A DNA stretch of 32,000 nucleotides. Source: Delftia acidovorans NBRC 14950 (GTDB lineage: Bacteria; Pseudomonadota; Gammaproteobacteria; Burkholderiales; Burkholderiaceae_C). The stretch is taken from the NCBI RefSeq assembly GCF_001598795.1, contig NZ_BCZP01000029.1, forward strand, positions 30,001-62,000. The letters are read 5' to 3'. A program made the position numbers and the translations under genes. Of the stretch, positions 24,283 to 32,000 are shown piece by piece; positions within the stretch are counted from its first letter, which is position 1, and each line of letters begins with the position of its first letter. A model generated the notes under the pieces. The model did no database searches. It was not told the origin of the DNA and worked only from the letters and a program-made list of their open reading frames with translations.

Positions 24283-25467
24283 GTGCCCCAAGCACTCGAT
24301 CGAAAGCCATTCATGGGCAATTCCCTTTCGGACACCTACATTGAGGTGTTCGCCAACCGCGGCGTCTGGATTGAAGACGCCGCCATCCAACAACTTCACA
24401 CAACGGCCCGCAACCTGGCCGGCATGCGCGCCGCCGTGGGCCTGCCCGACCTGCACCCGGGCCGGGGCTACCCGGTAGGGGCGGCCTTCTTTTCCGTGGG
24501 CCGCTTCTACCCGGCCCTGGTCGGCGGCGACATCGGCTGCGGCATGTCGCTGTACAGCACGGAGCTGGCGGCGCACAAGACCTCGGCCCCCAAGCTGGAA
24601 AAGGCGGTGGGCAACATCGACGGCCCCCTGCCCCAGGAACTGCTGGACGCCGTGGACATGCAGCAGCTGGAGCACATCGCCCAGGCCAGCGGCGTGGCCG
24701 ACCTGGCGTATCTGCAGGACAGCCTGGGCACCATTGGCGGCGGCAACCACTTTGCCGAACTGCAGGTGGTGGACACGCTGTACGAGGACGGTGCGCTCGA
24801 CAGGAAACGCGTGCACCTCATGGTGCACAGTGGCTCGCGCGGGCTGGGCGGCGCCATCCTGCGCGCCCATGTGGAGGCCTTCAGCCACGACGGCCTGGCC
24901 GCCAGCAGCGATGACGCCACGCAGTACCTGCGCCAGCACGCGGCCGCCATCGCCTTCGCCCAGCTCAACCGCGCCAGCATTGCGGCACGCCTGCTGCGCG
25001 CCCTGCGCACGCGCGGCCAGGCCCTGCTGGACATCACCCACAACCACGTGATCGCCCACCACTGGCGCGGCGAGGACGGCTTTTTGCACCGCAAGGGCGC
25101 CACGCCGGCCGACCAGGGGCTGGTGGTGATTCCGGGTTCGCGCGGCGACTACAGCTACCTTGTGCGGCCCGTGGCCGGGCGTGACGAGGCGCTGCACTCG
25201 CTGGCACACGGCGCGGGCCGCAAGTGGGCACGCACCGATTGCATGGGCCGCCTGCGCCCGCGCTTCACGCTGGACGAGCTGCTGCGCACCCAATTCGGCA
25301 GCGCCGTGGTCTGCGCCGACCGCGAACTGGTCTACGAGGAGGCCCCCCAGGCCTACAAGGACGTGGACTCCGTCGTCGCCAGCCTGCAGGAAGCCGGCCT
25401 GGTGCAACTGGTGGCGCGGCTGCGCCCCCTGCTGACCTACAAGAAGGGAGCCATGCAATGCTGCTGA
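24283..25467 (+). CDS. rtcB: RtcB-family RNA ligase, release-factor-H-coupled subtype (RtcB2); start is either GTG 24283 or ATG 24313
   Basis: Motifs GGDIGCGM, GGGNHFAELQ, HSGSRGLG, THNH and the nucleophile-His motif AHGAGRKW. The 3' end overlaps prfH by 10 nt. Confidence 0.9.
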   Translation: MPQALDRKPFMGNSLSDTYIEVFANRGVWIEDAAIQQLHTTARNLAGMRAAVGLPDLHPGRGYPVGAAFFSVGRFYPALVGGDIGCGMSLYSTELAAHKTSAPKLEKAVGNIDGPLPQELLDAVDMQQLEHIAQASGVADLAYLQDSLGTIGGGNHFAELQVVDTLYEDGALDRKRVHLMVHSGSRGLGGAILRAHVEAFSHDGLAASSDDATQYLRQHAAAIAFAQLNRASIAARLLRALRTRGQALLDITHNHVIAHHWRGEDGFLHRKGATPADQGLVVIPGSRGDYSYLVRPVAGRDEALHSLAHGAGRKWARTDCMGRLRPRFTLDELLRTQFGSAVVCADRELVYEEAPQAYKDVDSVVASLQEAGLVQLVARLRPLLTYKKGAMQCC

Positions 25468-26057
25468 TCCAGCTGACTGCATCTCACGGCCCCGCCGAGT
25501 GCGAGCATGCCGTGCGCCTGACCCTGCGCGAGCTGCTGCGCGACTGCGCTGCGCGCGGCATCGCCGTGGACGTGCTGGAGGAAACACCCACGCCAGCCGG
25601 CTACAAGTCCGTGCTGCTGCGCTGCGACGGCGACACCGGCCTGCTTCACGGCACGCTGGGCGCCTGGCTGGGCACCATCCAGTGGGTCTTCGACAGTCCC
25701 CTGCGGCCCCATCACCCGCGCAGGAACTGGTTTGTTGCCGTGCAGAAGTGCGAGCCGCCCCGGCAGTTGCCGGCAGACGGCGAAATCGTCTTCCAGGCCT
25801 GCAAGGCCTCGGGCAAGGGCGGCCAACATGTCAACACCACGGACTCCGCCGTCCATGCCCTGCATGTGCCCAGCGGGATCTCGGTGAAGGTCATGAGCGA
25901 GCGCAGCCAGCACGCCAACAAGCGGCTGGCGCGCGAGCTGCTGGCCCTGAAGCTGGCGCGCCTCAACGCGCAGGGCGAGGGCCAGGCCCGGCGCACGCGC
26001 AGCCAGCAGCACTGGGAGGTGGAGCGCGGCAGCCCCGTGAAGGTGTTCCGCGCCTGA
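25458..26057 (+). CDS. prfH: Peptide chain release factor H (truncated class-I RF paralogue)
   Basis: 199 aa. GGQ motif SGKGGQHVNTTDSAV (GGQ codons at 25818-25826) and SERSQHANK. There is no PxT/SPF tripeptide region or RF domain 1. GGGAG Shine-Dalgarno lies 7 nt upstream, inside the rtcB 3' end. Confidence 0.9.
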   Translation: MLLIQLTASHGPAECEHAVRLTLRELLRDCAARGIAVDVLEETPTPAGYKSVLLRCDGDTGLLHGTLGAWLGTIQWVFDSPLRPHHPRRNWFVAVQKCEPPRQLPADGEIVFQACKASGKGGQHVNTTDSAVHALHVPSGISVKVMSERSQHANKRLARELLALKLARLNAQGEGQARRTRSQQHWEVERGSPVKVFRA

Positions 26058-26067
26058 ACGCCCGGGA

Positions 26068-26847
26068 CTAACCCCTGGCGCACATGTAGATGCCCAGGGC
26101 CAGCAGGCCCAGCATCAGCACGCGCTTGAAAACCTGGGGCGACAGCGACTGGCGCAGCCGCTCGCCCCAGGCCATGCCGGCCAGGGCGGGCAGCAGCATC
26201 AGTGCGGAAACCAGGGCCGTGGCCCCCCAGCCCGTCCAGGACGAAGCGGCATGGCCCGGCCCCTGCGCCAGCGCCATGCCCGCGCCCAGCGCCAGCGTGG
26301 ACACCGTGAAGCACAGGCCCATGGCCTGCATCAGCGCCTGCCGGCCCAGCGCCAGCGATTGCAAAAAGGCCACGGCCGGCACCACGAACACGCCGGTCAA
26401 CGCCGTGATCCCGCCCGTCAACAGACCACACAACAGGCCCAGCCAGGCCTGATGCCTCTGCGGCAACTGCAGGCCCGGCCCCCACAGGCCCCACAGGGCA
26501 TAAATAACCAGGGCCACGCCCAGCGCCGAGCGCGCCACGGCGGCCTCGCCCACCGGGCCCCACCACAGCATGCCGCCCACCGTGCCCGCGACAATGCCCA
26601 GCTGCATCCAGCCCAGGCGCCGCAGCAGAGGCCGCAGCGATGGCATAGGCCGCATCTGCACCACATTGGTCACCAGGGACGGCAGCAGCAGCCAGGCCGC
26701 CGCCTGCCCGGCCGGCATGAACAGCGCCAGCAGCGCCATGGACACCGTGGGCAGGCCCAGGCCCACCACTCCCTTGACGACACCGGCCAGCCCGAACACG
26801 GCCACCGCCGCCGCCAGCACCCACCACGCATCCCACATCACGGCCAC
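26068..26847 (-). CDS. TauE/SafE-family (DUF81) anion exporter
   Basis: 259 aa with ~8 TM helices, Gly/Ala/Leu-rich, with the typical VKGVVGLGLP N-terminal motif. Convergent with prfH across a 10-bp gap. Confidence 0.85.
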   Translation of the reverse strand: MAVMWDAWWVLAAAVAVFGLAGVVKGVVGLGLPTVSMALLALFMPAGQAAAWLLLPSLVTNVVQMRPMPSLRPLLRRLGWMQLGIVAGTVGGMLWWGPVGEAAVARSALGVALVIYALWGLWGPGLQLPQRHQAWLGLLCGLLTGGITALTGVFVVPAVAFLQSLALGRQALMQAMGLCFTVSTLALGAGMALAQGPGHAASSWTGWGATALVSALMLLPALAGMAWGERLRQSLSPQVFKRVLMLGLLALGIYMCARG

Positions 26848-26948
26848 CCTGCACTTTCACTGACTTGGCTCAGGCCTTTCCTGAACCTCATGGCGCCATG
26901 TTCGTGCACCATCGCAGGGATCACAATCGGGAATCTTCAAACCAAGGC

Positions 26949-26963
26949 TCAGGCATGGCCTGA
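26949..26963. promoter_or_regulatory. 15-bp palindrome TCAGGC-ATG-GCCTGA in the tauE/lysR divergent region (candidate LysR operator)
   Basis: Perfect inverted repeat 20 nt upstream of the LysR start, within the 135-bp divergent intergenic region. Confidence 0.3.
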
Positions 26964-26982
26964 TCCTTCAGCACCACAGTCC

Positions 26983-27894
26983 ATGCGATTCGACCTCACC
27001 GACCTGCAGCTGTTCGTCCATATCCTCGACTGCGGCACGCTCACGGCGGCGGCCGGGCGCGCGCACATGACCCTGGCCTCGGCCAGCGAGCGCGTGCGCG
27101 GCATGGAGGCGCAACTGGGCTGCGCCCTGCTCGCGCGCCAGGCACGCGGCGTGCGGCCCACGGCGGCCGGCCACACGCTGGGCCAGCATGCGCGTGACGT
27201 TCTGGCACGAATGCAACGCCTGCGCGGCGACATGGCCGAGTACGGCGCGGGCCTGGCCGGGCATGTGCGCGTATGCGGCAACACCTCGGCCGTGAGCGAG
27301 CACCTGCCGCTGGCCGTGGCCGGATTCCTGCGCAACCATCCGCGCGTGGCGCTGGAGCTGCAGGAATGCCGCAGCGCCGAAGTGCTGGACCGGCTGCGCC
27401 AGGGCCTGTGCGACATCGGCGTGGCCAGCGATGCCCAGGACCTGCGCGGCCTGCAGGCCACGCCCTGGCGCCCCGACCCGCTGGTGGCCGTGCTGCCGCG
27501 CGCCCACCGCCTGGCCCGGCGCAAACGGCTGGCCTTGCAGGACCTGCTGACCGAAGACTGGGTAGGCCTGCCGCACGATGCCGCCCTGCAGGTGCTGGTG
27601 CGCCAGCAGGCCGCCTTGCTGGAAGGGCCGTCAGGAGGGCAGTTGCGCTGGCGCGCCCAGCTGCAGCACCTGGACAGCATCTGCCAGTTGGTGGGCCAGG
27701 GCGTGGGCGTGGCCGTCATGCCCACCGCCGCCGCGCAGCGCCTGGCCCCGGCCAGCGGCGCCCGCGCCGTGCCCTTGAGCGATGCCTGGGCCCGGCGCCA
27801 GCTGCTGCTGTGCACGGCCCGGGAAGACCAGTTGCCCGCCCATGCAAGGCAGTTGCTGGTGCATCTGAAAGGACTGGGCCTGGCGGAGCCATAG
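26983..27894 (+). CDS. LysR-family transcriptional regulator
   Basis: N-terminal wHTH (LQLFVHILDCGTLTAAAGRAHMTLASASERVRGMEAQLG) followed by a LysR substrate-binding domain. Divergent from the tauE-like gene. Confidence 0.9.
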   Translation: MRFDLTDLQLFVHILDCGTLTAAAGRAHMTLASASERVRGMEAQLGCALLARQARGVRPTAAGHTLGQHARDVLARMQRLRGDMAEYGAGLAGHVRVCGNTSAVSEHLPLAVAGFLRNHPRVALELQECRSAEVLDRLRQGLCDIGVASDAQDLRGLQATPWRPDPLVAVLPRAHRLARRKRLALQDLLTEDWVGLPHDAALQVLVRQQAALLEGPSGGQLRWRAQLQHLDSICQLVGQGVGVAVMPTAAAQRLAPASGARAVPLSDAWARRQLLLCTAREDQLPAHARQLLVHLKGLGLAEP

Positions 27895-27936
27895 CGAACC
27901 GTGTTGGAAAGCGCGATGCGGGACAATACGGGGATC

Positions 27937-29304
27937 ATGACCCTCAAAGCCCCCGAACTGCTGCTGCCGGCCGGCTCGCTCGACAAGATGCGTGCGGCCT
28001 ACGACTTTGGCGCCGATGCCATCTACGCCGGGCAACCCCGCTACAGCCTGCGCGCACGCAACAACGAATTCCGCCTCGAACAGATCGCCCAGGGCATCTC
28101 CGAGGCGCATGCGCGGGGCAAGAAATTCTTCGTCACCAGCAACCTGATCGCCCACAACGACAAGGTGCGCACCTATATCCGCGACATCGAGCCCGTGATC
28201 GAGTGCAAGCCCGACGCGCTGATCATGGCCGACCCCGGCCTGATCATGATGGTCAAGGAAAAGTGGCCCGAGACCGAGGTGCATCTCTCGGTGCAGGCCA
28301 ACACCACCAACTGGGCCACGGTGAAGTTCTGGCAGAAGGCCGGCGTCTCGCGCATCATCCTGTCGCGCGAGCTGTCGCTGGACGAGATCGAGAAGATCCG
28401 CCAGGAATGCCCGGACATGGAGATCGAGGTCTTCGTGCACGGCGCGCTGTGCATCGCCTACTCGGGCCGCTGCCTGCTGTCGGGCTACTTCAACCGGCGC
28501 GATCCCAACCAGGGCACCTGCACCAATGCCTGCCGCTGGGACTACAAGACGCATGACGCGGCCGTGGATCCCAATACCGGCGAGGCCCTGGCCCAGACCA
28601 TGGAGCAGGACTTCAGCTTCGAGAAGGCCCGCGAGGAAGCCGACAGCCAGTTCACCAGCACCTGCGGCGACGGCGCGCGCCACCCCAAGGCCGAGCAGGT
28701 CTACCTGCTGGAGGAAAAGGGCCGCCCCGGCGAGCTGATGCCCATCATGGAAGACGAGCACGGCACCTACATCATGAACTCCAAGGACCTGCGCGCCGTG
28801 GAGCATGTGGAGCGCCTGGTGAAGATCGGCGTGGACTCGCTCAAGATCGAGGGCCGCACCAAGAGCCTGTACTACGTGGCCCGCACGGCCCAGGTCTACC
28901 GCCGCGCCATCGACGATGCCGTGGCCGGCCGCCCCTTCAACCCGCACCTGATCACCGAGCTCGAAGGCCTGGCCAACCGTGGCTACACGGGCGGCCTGCT
29001 GGAGCGCCGTCCCTCGCAGGACTACCAGAACTACGAGACCGGCCACTCGGTGCTGCAGCGCAGCCACTTCGTGGGCGAGGTGCGCAGCTATGCCGACGGC
29101 ATGGCCGAGGTGGAGACCAAGAACCGCTTCTCGGTGGGCGATACGCTGGAGATCATCCACCCGCAGGGCAACCGCCAGGTGCTGCTGGAGAAGATGTTCA
29201 ACCTCGACGGCGAACCCGTGCAGGTCGCCCAGGGCAACCCGATCCGCGTGCGCATTCCGCTGGATGCGCCGGCCGAGGGTGCGCTGATCTCGCGCCTGCT
29301 GTGA
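27937..29304 (+). CDS. trhP: U32-family tRNA uridine(34) hydroxylase (YegQ/TrhP)
   Basis: Near-colinear with E. coli YegQ as I recall it: PELLLPAGSLDKMRAAYDFGADAIYAGQPRYSLRARNNEF, VFVHGALCIAYSGRCLLSGYFNRRDPNQGTCTNACRW and EDEHGTYIMNSKDLRAVEHV. Confidence 0.92.
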   Translation: MTLKAPELLLPAGSLDKMRAAYDFGADAIYAGQPRYSLRARNNEFRLEQIAQGISEAHARGKKFFVTSNLIAHNDKVRTYIRDIEPVIECKPDALIMADPGLIMMVKEKWPETEVHLSVQANTTNWATVKFWQKAGVSRIILSRELSLDEIEKIRQECPDMEIEVFVHGALCIAYSGRCLLSGYFNRRDPNQGTCTNACRWDYKTHDAAVDPNTGEALAQTMEQDFSFEKAREEADSQFTSTCGDGARHPKAEQVYLLEEKGRPGELMPIMEDEHGTYIMNSKDLRAVEHVERLVKIGVDSLKIEGRTKSLYYVARTAQVYRRAIDDAVAGRPFNPHLITELEGLANRGYTGGLLERRPSQDYQNYETGHSVLQRSHFVGEVRSYADGMAEVETKNRFSVGDTLEIIHPQGNRQVLLEKMFNLDGEPVQVAQGNPIRVRIPLDAPAEGALISRLL

Positions 29305-29426
29305 AGCCGGGGCGCAGGCCGCCCTGCCCTCCTTGCCCGTGATTTTTTCCTGGCGGCTGTCCAGGGCCATTGCTGCAATGGCCTGGAGCGGCCGCCGTTC
29401 CTTTCATTCCTCATTTCTGCACTGCC

Positions 29427-30296
29427 ATGGACATCGTCGTCAACGAAGAACTCAAGGCCTACATCGACCCGCTGACCCCCGATGAACTCGACGCGCTGGA
29501 GCGCAGCATCGTGGCCGAAGGCTGCCGCGACGCGCTCGTGCTCTGGAACGACCTGCTCATCGACGGCCACAACCGCTACGCCATCTGCCAAAAGCACGGC
29601 CTGCCCTTCAACACCGTGCAGGCCACGCAGTTCAAGAACATGGACGACGTGCACCTGTGGATGATCGACCAGCACCTGGGCCGCCGCAGCGTGTCCGACT
29701 TCCAGCGCGGCGTGCTGGCGCTGCGCAAGCGCGAGATCATTGCCACGCGCCGCTCGGCCGCCGCCGCGGCCGTGATGGCCGCCAAGGCCGATGCGCCCCA
29801 GGCCGAGGGTGAAGCCCCCTGGGAAGGCGAGACCGACCCCGTGGTCGCCGCCGCCCTGGCCAGCGTGGCCAAGGTGCCCGACGAGGCCCTGGACACGCGC
29901 GAAGCCCTGGCCCGCGTGGCCCGCCTGTCCAGCAGCCAGGTCAAGCTGATCGAGACCATCCAGCAAAAGGCCGCGCCCGAAGTGGTGGCCGCCGTGCGCT
30001 CGGGCGACATCTCGCTGAGCACCGCCGCCGTGGTCGCCAGCCTGCCCGTGGACGAGCAGCAGGCCGTGGCCGCCGCAGGCGCCGACGAACTCAAGCAGGC
30101 CGCCAAGCGCGTGCGCGATGCCAAGAAAAAGTCCAAGGCCGCCAAGCCCGAAGCTGAAGCGGCCGACGGCGAAGGTGCGGCCGTGACCGCCTCACCCGAG
30201 GAGCTGCAGCAGCGCGTGAACGAACTCGAAGCCGAGAACGAGCGCCTGCGCCAGCAGATCAAGGCGCTGCAGGAACTGCTGGCCGAGCAAGGCTGA
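29427..30296 (+). CDS. ParB/Srx-fold N-terminal domain protein with HTH-like middle region and C-terminal coiled coil (orphan, no parA)
   Basis: Start at MDIVVNEELKAYI. DGHNRY motif (LLIDGHNRYAICQ) of ParB-like nuclease/Srx domains. The middle region LSSSQVKLIETIQQKAAPEVVAAVRSGDISLSTAAVVASLP resembles the ParB HTH/linker. The C-terminal heptad segment is ELQQRVNELEAENERLRQQIKALQELL. Confidence 0.8.
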   Translation: MDIVVNEELKAYIDPLTPDELDALERSIVAEGCRDALVLWNDLLIDGHNRYAICQKHGLPFNTVQATQFKNMDDVHLWMIDQHLGRRSVSDFQRGVLALRKREIIATRRSAAAAAVMAAKADAPQAEGEAPWEGETDPVVAAALASVAKVPDEALDTREALARVARLSSSQVKLIETIQQKAAPEVVAAVRSGDISLSTAAVVASLPVDEQQAVAAAGADELKQAAKRVRDAKKKSKAAKPEAEAADGEGAAVTASPEELQQRVNELEAENERLRQQIKALQELLAEQG

Positions 30297-30328
30297 AGCG
30301 GCGCCCGCACCCAAGCACGCACGCCGCC

Positions 30329-31774
30329 ATGACGCGCTACCAGGAGCTGGCCGACGATATCGAGGCATCCATCACCGCAGGCGTTCTGTGCCCAGGTGAC
30401 AAGCTGCCCTCGGTGCGCCAGACCAGCGAGCGGCGCGGCGTCAGCGCCTCCACCGTCTTCCAGGCCTACTACCTGCTGGAGGCGCGCGGCTTGGTGCGCG
30501 CGCGCGAGCGATCGGGCTACTTCGTGGCCCAGCGCCCGCGCAGCGCGCCGCCCGAGCCTACCGAGCCGTCTTCGCCCGAAGGCGACAGCTTTGCCGTGGT
30601 CGATGTGAGCGAGCGCGTGTTCGAGGTGCTGGAGTCAGCCATGGACCGCGATGTCGTGCCCCTGGGCTCGGCCTTTCCCTCGCCGGGCCTGTTCCCGCTG
30701 CGCCGCCTGGGCCAGTGCCTGGCGCATGCCGCGCGCGAGGCCGACCCACGCAGCGCCATCGACGACCTCACGCCCGGCAGCCTGGCGCTGCGCCGCCAGA
30801 TCGCACGCCGCTACCTGGCCGACGGCCTGGCGCTGACGCCAGCCGATCTGGTCATCACCAACGGCGCGCTGGAGGCTCTGAACCTGTGCCTGGCCGCCGT
30901 CACGCGGCCCGGCGGCGCCGTGGTCATAGAGTCGCCCTGCTTCTATGGCGCGCTGCAGGCGCTGGAGCGCATGGGCCTGTCGGCCATCGAGGTGCCCACC
31001 CATCCGGGCGAGGGCATGGACCTGAACGCGCTGGAGTCAGCACTGCAGCGCCACCGGCCCCAGGCCATCTGGCTGATGACCTGCTTTCAGAACCCGCTGG
31101 GCAGCCTCATGCCAGAGGCGCGCAAACGCGCACTGGTGGAGCTGGTCACGCGCCACCGCGTGCCGCTGATCGAAGACGACGTGTACGGCGAGCTGTACTT
31201 CGGAGAGCGCCGCCCGCCGCCGGCCAAGACCTTCGACACCGAAGGCTGGGTGCTGCACTGCAGCTCGTTCTCCAAATGGCTGGCGCCGGGCTGGCGCACG
31301 GGCTGGGCCGCCCCCGGGCGCTTCACGCGCGCCGTGGCCCGGCAAAAGCTCACCACCACGCTGGCCACGAATGCACCCACCCAGCAGGCGCTGTCCGACT
31401 ACCTGGAAAGCGGCGGCGCCGACCGCCACCTGCGCCGCCTGCGCCAGAGCCTGGCCCTGCAGCGGGACCACATGGCATCGGCCATTGCCCGCCACTTTCC
31501 ACAAGGCACGCGGGCCACGCGGCCCGAGGGCGGCTACTTCATGTGGATAGAGCTGCCGCCGTACTGCAATGCGCTGGCCCTGCACCGCGCGGCGCTGGCG
31601 CGCGGCATCAGCGTGGCGCCGGGGCCGATCTTCTCGGCCTCGCAGGCCTTCGGCCACTGCCTGCGGCTGAACTACGGCCATGACTGGAGCGACGAGACCG
31701 GGCAGGCCCTGGCCACGCTGGGCGAACTGGCCCGCGCAATGCAGCCCCTTCCAACAGCAAAAGCAGCAAGGTAA
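30329..31774 (+). CDS. MocR/PdxR-type regulator (GntR wHTH fused to a PLP-dependent aminotransferase-fold domain)
   Basis: N-terminal GntR HTH (LPSVRQTSERRGVSASTVFQAYYLLEARGLV) and a C-terminal fold-type I domain with the lysine motif SFSKWLAPGWRTGW. Confidence 0.9.
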   Translation: MTRYQELADDIEASITAGVLCPGDKLPSVRQTSERRGVSASTVFQAYYLLEARGLVRARERSGYFVAQRPRSAPPEPTEPSSPEGDSFAVVDVSERVFEVLESAMDRDVVPLGSAFPSPGLFPLRRLGQCLAHAAREADPRSAIDDLTPGSLALRRQIARRYLADGLALTPADLVITNGALEALNLCLAAVTRPGGAVVIESPCFYGALQALERMGLSAIEVPTHPGEGMDLNALESALQRHRPQAIWLMTCFQNPLGSLMPEARKRALVELVTRHRVPLIEDDVYGELYFGERRPPPAKTFDTEGWVLHCSSFSKWLAPGWRTGWAAPGRFTRAVARQKLTTTLATNAPTQQALSDYLESGGADRHLRRLRQSLALQRDHMASAIARHFPQGTRATRPEGGYFMWIELPPYCNALALHRAALARGISVAPGPIFSASQAFGHCLRLNYGHDWSDETGQALATLGELARAMQPLPTAKAAR

Positions 31775-32000
31775 GCGCCCGCTGCGCTGGCAGCACCTGC
31801 TGCGCTGTAGCGCCCGGGCAACGCGGCCCGGCACAGCTGCTGTCAGCCTGGTGCCGAGCTGGATGATTCTCATTTAGACTCGCACCCCGAACCGGCATCG
31901 CCGCCATGCATGCTGACCGGTCCTTGTCTCCTGCTTCCGCCTCGCCCGCCGCCACGCGTCCTGCAGCCTGCCAGCCGACCCTTCAGCGCTGCACCAATCC

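Noticed and set aside
9031-29329. Using GGGNAGGG (KOPS-like) orientation to test the origin hypothesis
   Set aside because: I noticed only four instances: plus strand at ~10864 and ~13914, complement at ~9033 and ~29322. Their orientation is mixed, the polar motif of this organism is unknown, and the sample is far too small. The test is uninformative.
29308-29350. Intrinsic terminator for trhP
   Set aside because: There is only a 5-bp GGGCG/CGCCC stem, and the T-run (29343-29348) lies ~17 nt away from it. This is not a canonical terminator geometry.
31775-32000. Possible gene start (ATG 31906, MHADRSLSPASAS...) or the end of a minus-strand gene at the right edge
   Set aside because: Only ~30 codons are visible, third-position GC is only moderate, there is no Shine-Dalgarno sequence, and several frames are open. 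The evidence is insufficient to call a gene.

Overview
High-GC (roughly two-thirds G+C by eye) chromosomal DNA. Gene content and synteny (ribBX-ribH-nusB, ybgC-tolQRA, YlqF, E. coli-type gshA) look like a Burkholderiales/Comamonadaceae-type betaproteobacterium, but that placement is inference only. I support 30 protein-coding genes, almost all core housekeeping. I recognised no rRNA, tRNA, CRISPR array, IS element, transposase or integrase. Many long ORFs in the track are antisense shadow ORFs typical of high-GC DNA and were discarded. Four things deserve a second look. (1) A 634-bp non-coding, locally AT-rich gap (16483-17116) sits where gene orientation switches from mixed/minus to almost uniformly plus. 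It carries a significant cluster of DnaA-box-like 9-mers, two perfect IHF consensus sites, a T-rich unwinding-like tract and nested inverted repeats. It is a candidate replication-origin-type or datA/DARS-type DnaA-control locus. (2) Its motif grammar (12-bp-phased kGACAAGC-N4-GGACAAsC plus AAAAAAYAGGCARA) recurs 13 kb away, upstream of cls. (3) An intact, translationally coupled rtcB-prfH (RtcB2/release factor H) ribosome rescue and repair module follows tolA, where tolB-pal would normally sit, and is preceded by a strongly Shine-Dalgarno-led 13-codon uORF. (4) An orphan ParB/Srx-fold coiled-coil protein lies on its own, and a tightly coupled pair of a small membrane protein and a CCGxGCxxCVW protein has unknown function. 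All function calls rest on motif and family recognition by eye; no database search was run.
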